64,000 bases of DNA from Lingula anatina (taxonomy: Eukaryota > Animalia > Brachiopoda): contig CM120649.1 in the NCBI GenBank assembly GCA_051362555.1, positions 19,234,567 through 19,298,566 on the forward strand, given 5' to 3'. Both the position numbers and the translations under genes were made by a program. Shown in pieces: positions 13,782 to 26,593 of this stretch. The notes under the pieces are model-generated. The model was given only the letters and a program-made list of their open reading frames with translations, was not told where the DNA came from and searched no databases. Every line of letters starts with the position of its first letter. The stretch's first letter is position 1.

Positions 13782-16700
13782 GTACACCCATGCCTTCACC
13801 CACACTCACTGTCTTTATAATTTTTGAAGAAAAAAAGTAAGCACGGGTATCGCTGTCTACAGGGAATAACACACGGCACGTCGTGGAGTTTTATGTCGGG
13901 GTGAAATTGATGTGTCGTGAAAAGTTAGCATGTTTTCACAGGCAGTGATGAGGGGTTAATGTTAGAACACTCCAATGACCCTGTCTCTACCTCTCCCATT
14001 CCCCTGGATTTATTTGGTAGTTTTACATGTTTTGTAAACGTCATTTTCCTTTGTTTAAATGATGCTTTCACTGTTTTGATGTCGTAGCAGTGTTTGCCAT
14101 TGAGTTAATACGGCGATGACCGCTTGAGGAATGTTATAACAGCGCTATGACAAACGCGCCCATCAAACACCTTCGTATCTAGGCAGGCTATATCTTTGTT
14201 AAGTAAAAACCAAAAAGAACACAGATCAAAATTGTCACCTGTGTCACCTGCCCATAATGACATAATGCTACTAGGATAATTCCAAGAATTTTCACCTGTT
14301 TTGTAACAACAACAATGATAATAATTATCATAACAGTCATAACGTATATTCGGCACGAACATCCTTCTTTCAGAGGGTTTGCACGATGGGCGATTGTGAT
14401 ACAGCTTAATATTAATAATATCTGACGCAGGTCAAAGAGTTTGGGATATTTTAAGGGAAATTACTGACTTGTCCGCCAAAGCACGACCACGGGTCAAATG
14501 CTGCTATTTTCAGCTCCGCGTTCCGATTAAAATATGCTCATTTTGGAAAAAAAAGATCTAAAAAAGAGCTAATATCTAGTGTTTGTAAGATAAGATAATT
14601 TTTATTTTACTGATTATCTGCATTTTTTATTTTTATTTTGTAACTTCAGGATGCTTATTCATTCAGCTAAATCTAAAAATGTACTTGAATGTGAAATTAG
14701 GTAATATCGATTAAAATTCTTAAGGAATAAACATATTTGTTTTGTTACGTAAATTTTCTTGACAAATGTCATTACTTTTAATCAAGAAATATAACAGTGA
14801 AAATATGAAAAGAGCCACGTAGTTCAACGTCACTGTGGTAAAAAGTTACAGTTTAGTCTATTATGTCTATTATTAAAGCTGTAAAATGATCAAAACTCCC
14901 ACGCCGAAAATTAAACCCGAATATTTTATTTCATTTCCGCCTTATTCGATTCGTCAGATGTTGGGCAAAATTTGTATTTAGCCAACGGGTCTCTGTGTCG
15001 CAGTGAACTGGTTGCCCCGACCTTAGAGAAGACCTTTATTAGTCATATTATGTGACAGGTGACAGAAAAATAAGGAAAGGGAGGGAACATTTTAGCTCTT
15101 TGTAGTCGCCACTCGGTTAATTAAGAAAATGGGATGTTGATGGGCCTTTCTTCTGAAGTTTGAATATATAAATAATATCATGTGTTATTTGAAAGATTTC
15201 AGGCATTAGAATTCCATCACTTACAAAATTATAATATTAATAATATTTTCAAAACGACCCCGTGAGTTATATGTGTTTTTATTTAATGCATGTGAAAAAA
15301 TTGTGTCATTCAATTTAAAAACTAAAACACATGCATTTAGAAATATGTAGAAAAGTTTTGAAAAATCTAGAATCTGTCACAATATTTTTAAAAACAAATG
15401 GTGATCTTAGAATCTCCCACGTACATTTCACTAGAAACCTAGAAAAAATATAATTTTTTGCGTGAATATTTAACAAGTATTTAAATATTTCCCCAAGTTA
15501 CTAAATATTAACTGCTGCTCTGTTGCCTTTGTTTTGTGTTCTCTGTTTATTGAGTTCGGTTTTCGTGTCGATAATGACCCAAGTCGCGTGACGTTGCACT
15601 GCACAGTGACGGTCTCATTCTTCTTGGTAAAAGTTGCGGTTATACTCAAAAGTCTACTCGAATTTATGAACAGCGTCACATACATCATTATTTGTTACAT
15701 TGTGTTAAGTTGAAGGGCCCTACCTTAGTTTTCAGAAATATTTATTTGTTCATGTTTTCTAGATATCATTGGCTCATGTATTAGCACTTTGTGTGATATA
15801 TATGAGTATGTATCTTGGCATGTCCTGCTGTATATGTACTTTGTGTCCTGAAAAATATCGTTAAAATAAAACTTGCACCCTTTTCGCACTTATGCTGTCT
15901 TCCAAATATTTAAAATGATGGAGACAGGAGCTAAATAAAGAGTTAAATTAAATTTTCTCATTGTCGATTTGAACTATCTCTGCCTTTGAGTTTCATGATC
16001 TATGCTTCTACCAAATAAAATCTAAAGATTAATTAATACCTTTTCGTTAATATATTGTAAAATAAATTAATAAAATTCAGTAAATTGCGTAGAAGGCATC
16101 TTTATTTTAATGCTTCAAAACACAGCAGCAAATATGTAGTGTTTTTTAAACATTTATATCTTTTTTTTTTTTTAATAATATCCTGGCTTTAAGAAATAGT
16201 AGATTTATAACACTCTGGTCACCGGGCCCGCTGGTTGTCTGTTCCAACATTATTTTATACTTTTTAATTTTGAATACCATTTTAAAGGCCCTGATATTCA
16301 AGGTTTTAGATTTTAATTCTACTAATCTCGTCTCGTTCTGTCCTCGTGTGTTGCTAGCAGGAGGCCTTGTGTTCTAAGGAAGACGTCGCAGTTGCTAAAC
16401 GAAAGTAATGAAACAGAAACTTCTCCACCGAGTCCAATACAGTTATTAACAACCTTTAATTAAATCGATCAAATGTCTCGATTAAGAAACCGTCTGTTTC
16501 TCTAAGTGACTATGTTAGACGTCTGACCTCGGTAAATGTCTGGAGGGGAGATTTATCAAACACGACGAGGCTAATTCATTCAATACTTCGTAACATTCAA
16601 AAGAAGAATTTGTAGCAACAAAATATGGTATTGTTTTGAAATTAAATTAAATATTGCAGACAGAAGATTTAAGTCTAGGCAAAGATAGAATATGAAATTA

Positions 16701-19700
16701 GAAACACAGCTTTGTTAAAAATTTATTTTTAAATTCAAATTTTTTCGAGGGGAATGAAAAATATAGTGTAATTCTTTATATAATTAACATTTAACGCGTA
16801 TCATTGTGGTTAAGGTGATGGTTAAGGGATACCACAAATTTGAAACGGTCAGCATCGTAAGTTAAAATATCAAAAGACCGTCATTCAATAGCAACTTAAT
16901 ACAGTCCAATATCATTAAGTCACATGAAAGCGTCCTACCTCCTTAGAGTCTACTTAAAATTTAATTAAATGCTTAGAAGAGGGTTGGAGGTGCCATCATT
17001 TCTTCACAAAGAAAACCCCTTTTGCTGATGTTTGATGAAAAAAGGAGTTCAGGGATTACTAGGTCACGTGGCAAGAGTTAGTCAAGAAGAAATAGGACGG
17101 AGTAATACAATCATATTCCAATCTTTAGCATAAGTGACCTGTTTTACTCGACTATAAACCCGGCGTTCCTCATGTGACTGTATATTGTTGTCGTGTCGCG
17201 GAGAAAGAACACTTGTTTGGGAAGCTAATTAAATTTCGTTCAAAAGGCTGGTGGTGTAGAACATTATGTACGAGTGCATTCCAGACCTTTCTCTGCCTTC
17301 CCACTTCCTTGTAGAGTTGGCTTAAATCTATTTTATCCTTTGAAGAACGATAACCCCGTGTTTGGAATAGTTGTGTGATTTACTCCCGTCCCCCCGTCAG
17401 CTAGAGTTGTGATCTATTTACCAATATAATCAGGAAGGGAGGTAAGAATGAAGATATTTATGTCAACAGACTTGTGGTTCGGGTTTACGAATGCCTTGAC
17501 TATTTGCTGAACACGTATTTTGTTGACAAGAATGACAGTGCTTTAGAAAGATGAAACTGGATTTTAATGTTATCAATATTTTTATTATAAGATTTGCGCG
17601 TAAACACTGGTGGGGATTATCTTTAAAAAAACAAAGCTGTTTCCACATTATTAAAATAACAACAACTAGATAAAATGTTCAAGGTATTTGCCTTTTGCAG
17701 AATATCTCTTAAATAGTTGGTTTAAGAAAGTGTTGCAGAAAAGTTCCGACCATTTTCTCAGATTTTTTTCTTTGGAAAATACGCATAAAGTGTCAAGTGT
17801 AAAAGAAAATAACTCACGACAGCGAGTGCGTGAAGAAGAAAATGAATAATTGGACCACAACTTTAATTGAAAACCAAGAGCGAAAAGACACTGATCATTT
17901 TAAAGTGAAACTAATTTATAAATAATTCAACAAAACGGTTTCCTTGCCTCTCCTGGGCGTAACGTTCAAGGCTTTCCACGGTTTTTAATGTCTCCATTAA
18001 AGTAAAATTTAATAACTGTGTAGAGTTTTAACACCTTTGCCGTCTTAATTTTCTACCAGACCGATAACAAGCGAGGGGAGACATTTGTAAAGAAATTAAA
18101 CATAACAGAAAACGTGCTCGGAATCCGAGTGGCGAATTAACCGCTCAATGAGCTAAATAGGAAGACGCGGCTCTTTCTAATAATTACAAACCTTATTAAT
18201 TGCAGCATTAAATTGATATCTGGGGGGAAAACACGCCCGCGACACGCTACTCGCGGTCCGGCCATATTGTAGTTTATCTGCACGAGCTCGCTCGCGTTGG
18301 CGTGCCTTCAAGACGCTTCAGGGTTGACATAAAAAAAAACCTTAACTATCTTATAGTGATCTTAATACTTGGTGTTCATTTAGCGAGAGAAAGCGGGGAG
18401 AAAATGTAAGAAGTGTCATTAAGTGTATACTGTTCATCTCGTTGACATGCTAGCGAGACGGGGCTTAATCAATAGACAGCTTTCGCGTATAGTTCTTCTT
18501 ATTAGCCGAGGCTTTTTACCTTGGGTTGAAAGGAAAATGCCTGATCACGCCCGAGGAATCGATTTTAGTTGTAACTGTCCGCTCCTGCAACGCACACATG
18601 TCAAAGATGTTATAAATAGTAGCAGTATTGTCGAGACTGGCCTAATTGTCGAGGCTAAATTAATCTAGGAGCTTCGGCAGTTTTTGTGAGGATAAAAATC
18701 AAGTATAATTATGAAACTATGCAGGCTCACAGCATGTTTATTCATAAATTAAGAAAATACATAATAAACAAGGCCGAATAATATCTAAAAATATAGTTTA
18801 CAGAATAGAGAAAAGTAAACGAATTTAATTAGAGTCCTCTCTCCCAAAAAATTTGTATTATATACTGATTGCACATTATGTTTAAGACGCAAAAACTAAA
18901 TTAAAAAATTTAGAATACAAAAAATGTTGTATTTGTATCAAAGTAGTATTTATAAATTTTAAGGTATGATAAAGTAAATAAAATATTATCTAAATACAGA
19001 CAAAATGGCCATCCATTCTGTAAAAAAATTGACAGGAGTCTCAACCAAAATCTTCAACTGAAATAAAATAATCTTAAAATCATAAAATAGTCTTTCTTCA
19101 ATAGAAAAAATATTCAGTTGATATATCACCTTTATAACAAGAACAACCGTCACTAGTTAAGCCCCCCAGTTGTAGTTTGCGTTGTATCTGTAGTACCGGG
19201 AAAACTCTGTAGCGTGTTCTACTGCAATCCTCGGCGTAATCGAAGAGCTAGAGCAACGGTAATAGCCCTTCTGTGTCGATAAGAACTGTAAGCCTATCGT
19301 TAGTCAATACATTTCTTTAATGATCTAGAATTCCCTCTTGGATCATGTGAACCACTGATAAATTGACTGAAACGCATTTACGATTGTTTTATTGGGGTTT
19401 GCCATGTTTTGGACCGGCATCGATTTCTAGTTGATTTTAGAGAAACAAAGAACGCCATGAGCCGCTGATATGAAAGATCCCATTTTCGTCACTACAATAG
19501 AGTACTCGCAAAATTTCCTGCTCTTTTAAATGGAGGGAGAGAGAAAAACGACCGCGGCATTGGTATTCTTTTGAAAACTTGCACATTGTCTGTTGCTAAT
19601 GTAGTGTACGAATTACTCGTTTTAAACCTAGGTATTGTTTCTTGTTAATCCATTGTATTAACTGGTAGTTAGTCCTTTCAACCTACAACATTATTTCAGA

Positions 19701-20180
19701 TTTATGCATTGCAGTGATATTGAATGAACACGCGCTTTGCCTGGTTATATTTGCACTTTAATAAACAGAGAAATACGCTCGTTATGAAATAACTTTTCTT
19801 GCCAGTAATTGCCACATAATAATTGTTGATTTTCTTTGACAAATGCAGCCATTTTTCACTGTGTGGCATATTTCAAAGCAATTTGGATGTCGTTTGGTTT
19901 CACCGAAATTGTATTCCATTGAATCATATTGACTGTGTTATAAATATGCCACCGCCAAGTGAAGTAAACGACTATCAATTAACGAACTTTTTTCTGGATA
20001 TCCATTTTCCTCTTAACATTGGATTTCAGCTCCAGTGCACGATCAACCCACATTTAAATATTCCCTGAAATGTGTAAAATGGTCCCTTTCAGTAGTTTTT
20101 CTTCACAGGAAAAAAAGTATTACAAATTTTATGATTTTTCTTATTTTATATTTATTCAAATATTATTCTTTTCTTTTCAG
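6685..20180 (+). other. Zic: Zic intron (13,496 bp, GT..AG, phase 1, between ZF3 and ZF4)
   Basis: GTGAGA donor at 6685 and polypyrimidine tract plus acceptor TTCTTTTCTTTTCAG ending at 20180. Splicing restores the HTGEKPF linker. The position matches the intron conserved across bilaterian Zic genes. Confidence 0.93.
13749..13777. repeat. (CT)n microsatellite
   Basis: Direct reading. Confidence 0.95.
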
Positions 20181-20710
20181 GGGAGAAACCTTTCAAGTGT
20201 GAATTCGATGGTTGTGACCGCCGCTTTGCCAACAGTTCCGACCGCAAGAAGCACAGCCACGTCCATACGTCCGACAAGCCTTACAACTGCAAGGTGCGAG
20301 GCTGCGACAAAAGCTACACCCACCCTAGTTCTCTGCGGAAACATATGAAAGTCCACTGTAAGTCCCCACCGCCGCCCGGGACTACCTACGACGAGGACGG
20401 GGTCTCAGACCGCAGTGACAGCCCGCCACCTGATAGCCCTGCCTCGCCCGCTGACACCTCCACTTCGCCAACCTCCGCTGGCAATAACGCGCAGGCGCAG
20501 AGCCCGTCGACGTCACTGTCCATCGGTGGCCATAGTAACCACGTGACAACCAGCCATCCGGCCACCAACCTGAGTGAGTGGTACGTGTGTCAAAGTGCCG
20601 CTGGAATGCCAACACCTCCAAGTAATGAACACTCCCCAGTTCACCATCACGTGGGCATGGGACATATACCGTCGTTACACCATACGTTACAATCAGTAGC
20701 GCAGTATTGA
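20181..20710 (+). CDS. Zic: Zic coding exon 2 (ZF4, ZF5, C-terminal region, stop)
   Basis: G+GG gives Gly, then [58 protein letters not shown], an S/P-rich tail, the conserved [10 protein letters not shown] motif and TGA at 20708-20710. The spliced CDS is 1135+530=1665 nt (554 aa). Confidence 0.97.
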
Positions 20711-23700
20711 CGCCAGGAGAACTGTTCACCACGTGATCGACTGTGACGTCAGTGTGACGTCACTGACGTGGATACGGCCTCAGGCCGCGCGATCTGTGTG
20801 CCCCGTTGGATGGTTTCGCCTCAGGTAGGGATGGACAAGTCGTGTATAGTTAAAAGTGCTGAAAAACTGTTCAGAGATGTGTTTGATAAGATTTATGCCT
20901 TAGACGTACGGCTAGTTTTGGCCATACTCTGTGGAAAGACAGGAATTATTCAAGGACATGTACAGACTGATATTTTGCTACACTCAGAGCATTGCCATGA
21001 CACTTTATTTTAAGCTCATAATTAAGCATACGATCAGGTCATTAAGTCATATCTTCGAGTTGGGAACTCGCTTTTAAAACTCAGATAACAAAAGTCAGTC
21101 GGTTGCTTTCTCCCTAAGTAGCGAGCAACATGCAAACTCCATCGATTGCCTTGAAAGCTATACTGCTCTTGCGGTACTTGGGAAATGGCTTTACAAATCA
21201 AGGTTGCGTGTGCCGCATGATAAAACGCACAAATTAATTGCTAGATGCCATTGTTGGCTCATTAATACAATTTTCCACCATTGCTTCGGGTTTATTTTCT
21301 GTGGCTTACTCGAACCTTTTAGTTTCATCCATTTCGGTTCAAATGATTCGTGAACTTTTATGCAGCCTGAGAAATGGAGAGAAATAGAGAGGGAGAAAAG
21401 CGTTTGCATAAATGCACTTACGGCTTTTGTGTGTCTGCAGTTTTATTATTTAGTCAAATTAGGCCTTACATAAGCGTTTTCAGAAACTGTATCTGCTGAT
21501 GTCGGTTAGGGCAATCAAGCGGAAAAATGAACGCAATTCTGGCAAAACTACCAAAAACATTTTTTTTTTCAAAAGAACTTGCATACATTTTATAACATTG
21601 AAAACGTCCTGGTTTATAGATAAAGACAAGGAACTAAATTTTGTATGAATCATTTCTTTCCGGTGCGTTCATAGTTTCGCTTCACTTTCGGTGAATGTAG
21701 ACATCATTTAAGCAGCGCCCAGATAACATAAAGCAGCGTGTATATTTCGTCACGTAAGGACGCCAGAAAAAGCCAGGTTGGGGTTAAAAGTCTCCCCTTA
21801 ACCGTGAAATAGAAGGAAGACAGAATGACATCCGCCGAGACCAAGAAAACAGATGCTTTGACACGCGATGTTAAGAAGGGGCGTCACGCAAATATTTTTG
21901 CACTAAAAATTACGCCTTCACAGTTAGAGAGTTGTAAGAGTGTGACAGTAACACATCTTGTGGATGTCTGTCGTATAGTGTGGAGACGCACATTTGTTGT
22001 CGCCTTCTCTGGGCAGGTAATTTATATATGTGTAATTATATATCTTGATTCACGTGCGACATTGTAAGTTCGAGTTATCTGAGTTGAACTGTTTGACGAA
22101 GCAGGTTATTTAGTTTTCTCAAATAAACTGGTGCACTTCAAAGAGCAGCAGCTCCGTAGAAACATTCATTTCCCCTTAAAATGGATCTAGATCATTCAGC
22201 CAATCCGCAGATTTGGTGCTTTTGAACTCGCAAAGTGTGCAATAGTTGGCAATATCGTTAGGACCTTCCGTGGCTATCTGACATAAAATTCGACAGATTT
22301 GGTAGTAGGCTTATCGGTTTGGAAACAAGTTAATCTTTAAAATTGACAAGAAAAGGGCTTTGTGTTGGGGATGTTGCCTGTAATACAGGAAAATGGCAGA
22401 AGCGGCTGGTTGGTACCAGGTGTGGCATATAGAGATGAACTTGAGATCTCAGAGAGGATAATTTGTTGCCCAACAACTTGGATTTGGCATCAGCATCCTG
22501 TGCTTTCCTTTCTCCACATCCTCAAATCCCACACTGCCCTGGGAAAGTTTGCAGACCTGAAAAAATAGTTTGCTTTTGAACTTCCTGGGAAGGCGCACGG
22601 CTTCCTTTGGAAGCATGAAACTCCATGTTTCATTTCAATAATTATTCCGTTCGTAATGGTGCATCTATTAAGCTGTAATATTTTCACCTTGAATGAATGA
22701 AACGGCTTTTCAAGCAGGAGTACGGCCAAGTGTCGTAGGGTTTTCCCCCATGGCTTAAAAATAGCATTTTGAAAGTTTGGTCTCTTTGAAAAATGGTCGG
22801 CACCTTAAGGGAAACGAAACATTTTAGAGATATATAAATACAAAAGTTAACTCTAACGTACGAAGTAAAGAACCTGAAAAAGAACTAGTGGGTTAGTAAA
22901 GGAAGTGTAGTGTTGAACCGAGCCAAGTATTGGGCAATGTTTCAATGCAGGATTCCGTCATAGACTTAATAGAAGGCAGACTGGTCGGGTAATTCCACCA
23001 ACTCTGAGGTCAGAATCGGGGTGAGTTTTCTTGTCTTTCCCTGCTTGTTGTTATAAGCGGTAGTCAGCAGAAGCCTTATTACCCTGAGCTGCGGTTCTCC
23101 ATTACAATAGAGATCTTTAAGGAAATCAGAACCTTCTGGCACTACTTTACCAAATAAATCCAACAGCCAAGAAGCAGGTGAACGCTTCTTGATGTCCACT
23201 TGCCCATTAATAGCGGTCATTTCTCCAATTGGAACGCCGGTCCTTGCCCTGCGCGGCGCTAACAAGCCGCACGTGAACCGACTCGCTGTACGTTTAAGCT
23301 CGACCTTTAGGCAAAATTGCGTACAATAATCTGAAACTTCATAGCGCGTTTTAACATGAAGTGATGTTCTATGATCTGTAGGGTTCCAAAATTGGAATAT
23401 TCCCAAGTATGCCACGGCATAAAGTGAAGAAATAACGTGGGTCAGCTGACAGGCTGTATATAGATAATATAAAACGTATATTGGGGCCCTTGTCAGTCAG
23501 TGCCAGAAATGTTGGAAAAAAAGTCAAGATATTGCTCCAGGTTCGTTGAACACTTTCACGGGGTAAATCAATGTCAATAGACTAAGTGCAAGAGTTTGAT
23601 TCAGTTAGAAAAAGTTGTATGAAAAAAGCATATCGTTGGTAAGGCAGTTATTCTTGCGATGTTGTGTAATGGCGTAATTTCTCTTGGTTTTAGTTTCAGC

Positions 23701-24830
23701 TAGTTTTTTTGTATCGAGTTATTGTGTCGCAACCCCTCATAGGACAATCATGTGAATATTTACTGTTTTATTTACTGTTTTATACCTATTTATGTCAAAT
23801 GAACACGCGATTCTACCGACTTACTTAAAGAAGCTTTATGATAATTATTAAGATATAAAGAACCATAGGTGCTAGTTTAGAAAGAGGGTACCTTGAGGGG
23901 AGATCCTCCCAACTGTTTTATTAATATTTAGCTAGCCTGGAGGCAAGAGTAATTACACGACAGGTTCCGGAATGGCGAGGTTTGTTTTTCAGAAAATTAG
24001 TTATTGGCGAGCCGGGTCTATAGTTACTCGCTCGCATGTGGGTACGGTTAACTTGGAGCTTTATCCAAACACCTAACGTAATTTGAGGCCTAGTAAAAAC
24101 TTGGGCTTAATAATAGAAATACAAGGTTAAGAGAGGTTTCGGATGTCGGCACAATGCTCAGTGAGAGAAAGAATCCCACCACACGAACATCAGTAGGATT
24201 CCGATAGGAGAGCCATCAAAATAACGGTGTCGTCTCACCTCTGCCATATTGGAATATGTTGAAGTCTCGGGGCACCTTTTATCATCAAGCTATCTCATTG
24301 TTGTTAAGTTGATCTCAGAATTGTTTAGAAATATTTTGTTTAGGTCGATGTTTCTTGTAACTGACTATATTGTGAGACATCTTGTATTACTGATAATGGC
24401 TAGAGATTACCCAACTGGTGGTGTTCTGCCCGATATCTTGTAAGAAATTGCTCGGGGCATTTTGTATATATGAATATATTTGTATTGTGAAAAATACTCA
24501 TGCGATCACACATTTGTCTCCAACGGATTCCCATCATTGTTTATTGTTATCCCTATGATTATTGTGCAGCAATGCCAGACGTCGTTCCATGTACAGACTA
24601 TCTAGTCTTAGTTTTTTATAGAACCGATCACTGTCGTCTGCTCTAGAGGCTCTCGCGAGATAATGGAAACCAGACGAGATGTTATATGTGCTGGCATTCT
24701 CATGTCATGAGACATTACTGTAAATTGAGCTTACCGGTTGCTTTGTCATGTTGACATTTTGTCAGCCATTGTAGAATTTGAATTTGTAAATACACGATTT
24801 ATTCCAAATATAAATTTGGTTTTTCTTTGT
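20711..24830 (+). other. Zic: Putative long Zic 3' UTR (proximal isoform)
   Basis: Non-coding sequence after the stop, ending in a 3'-end-like tract: TGTATATA at 24463, TGTAAATA at 24785, AATATA at about 24807 followed by a GT/T-rich tract. Composition then shifts to AT-rich intergenic-like sequence. The end point is inferred. Confidence 0.35.
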
Positions 24831-25251
24831 TGTTACTGGCTTTGGGATCTTAAGATAAGTAATTCTTATCGAGATATTTACTTAAAATATCCAAGCTGCT
24901 TATGACCATTTTTTAGTTTACATATGCGACTTCTATTAAATTAAATTATCTTTCATTCAGTTTTGAAAAAATATATACTAAAATGCAGCATTTTTATGAA
25001 TCCGGATATAAATAAATAAGCAGATCTCATAAGAACTGAAATATAGAAATATATTTCACGGGAGGACTTTTATTCTGTTGTAAGGTCGAATTGTAAAAAA
25101 TAATGTGCTTTCAAAAGCAGTGGCTCGTGTTCAGTTACAATGAATTGTCCTCTATTTCTTTCATATTTTATTTTTCTTTTTTGAAAATCAATCGTACGAT
25201 ATCTGTTATTTATTTAGGAAATGGGATGATTATTGTAACGTATAATACAAA

Positions 25252-25390
25252 TACCCTCTACCAGGGCGACAGATTGATTTTCCACAGATGTTTACAGATA
25301 TGTCTCTAGATACATAGACAGTCATTTTGGTCTGATGTCAGCTTCAGCCAAAAATGTCCACAATAAAAACTGCGGCCCTGGTAGAGGGTA
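25252..25390. mobile_element. 139-bp non-autonomous DNA transposon with 9-bp TSD (same family as the 467-bp element in the sulfotransferase array)
   Basis: TIRs TACCCTCTACCAGGGC...GCCCTGGTAGAGGGTA and a perfect flanking direct repeat TAATACAAA (25243-25251 and 25391-25399). The internal ACAGATATGTCTCTAG is shared with the array element. Confidence 0.85.
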
Positions 25391-26577
25391 TAATACAAAG
25401 TGAGCTTAATGACAAAAGGGTTAAAACCACGCGCAAAAGATATCTGTTTTCAAAAACAATTACAGACACAATATTATGAAATACCAAATATATCACGATG
25501 ACAACTACAGAGCTCAACTGAATAAAAAAAAGCAAATTTGCCCGAATAAGGAAGAAGAGAATTTGAAAATGCATATAGTGAATTCAAAGCGAACCAAACG
25601 AAACGTACTCAGACATTTCCGTAATATGGTACACTTTCTATTGAAGCAATCAAGACGTGGTATTTAAAACGCTCCATGTATACTTGTATAAGTGATTAAC
25701 AATGCACTGAGATAATTAAAAAAAGTCATTGAATTATCTTATTTTGTGTTTTAATTCATCATTGGAAATCAATGAAAATAATTTTCTAATAATTCAAAAA
25801 ATTGTTGATATGAAAATCTGAAAATTCATTTTTTGCACAAAAGCGACACATAGGTTTAACAAAATTTGGCAAGGAAGTGATACATTTTAGTTATAGTCCT
25901 TGTTGTAAAGATTTTTTGCTCACACTCTTATTTGGTATTCGAACCTAAATAGCAATAATGAAAAGAAAGATTCCAGCACAAAACACACAATAATAAGATT
26001 TAAAAATACGTAACATAAAGTAAACTAGTAAAGGGTTTAATTAAACTCTGTATATTTTCATTTCAAACGTTCCTTGAAGGCTCACAATTAAGAAAAAATA
26101 ATGATAAAACCACTATTTGACACGTTACTAAATAAATGATATCAGACAAAATAGTGGAAAGTTTTTACTTTAAAAAATCGCATTAGTAACCATGGTAAGT
26201 TCTTGGAAAACTATCTCCATATTTTCTATATTATGCAGGTTTAAATTATACCCGTTTAGGCTAAGATCTTTATAGGGGAACCTTTCCTAGTGTCTTAGAT
26301 ATACCAAAATTTACTGGTTCTCACTTGTTGCTAGTGTTATTTTCCAGTCTTTTAATGGTGATAAAAGTGAAGACATGGCCCACTTCCCTCGACCTGCGCT
26401 ATTAAATGATCCTTATTCAAATTAATGTCTGCCATCGTGCCTGGCCAAAGTACCACAACGCTGCCCTTGCCCGACCTAAATGACTCGAGATTAAATACAT
26501 ATAGAAACGATTAAGTTACACATATTTTTTATTATCTGGCGAGATGAGGTGAACAGAGAATTACTGGGCGTGCATGT

Positions 26578-26593
26578 CAGCGCCATCTAGCGG
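26578..26593 (-). promoter_or_regulatory. CTCF-like binding motif
   Basis: CAGCGCCATCTAGCGG on +, i.e. CCGCTAGATGGCGCTG on -, a close match to the CTCF core CCRSYAGRKGGCRS. Confidence 0.45.

Noticed and set aside
22966-23415. 149-aa minus-strand ORF
   Set aside because: Non-ATG start, no recognisable motif, and it lies antisense within the probable Zic 3' UTR.
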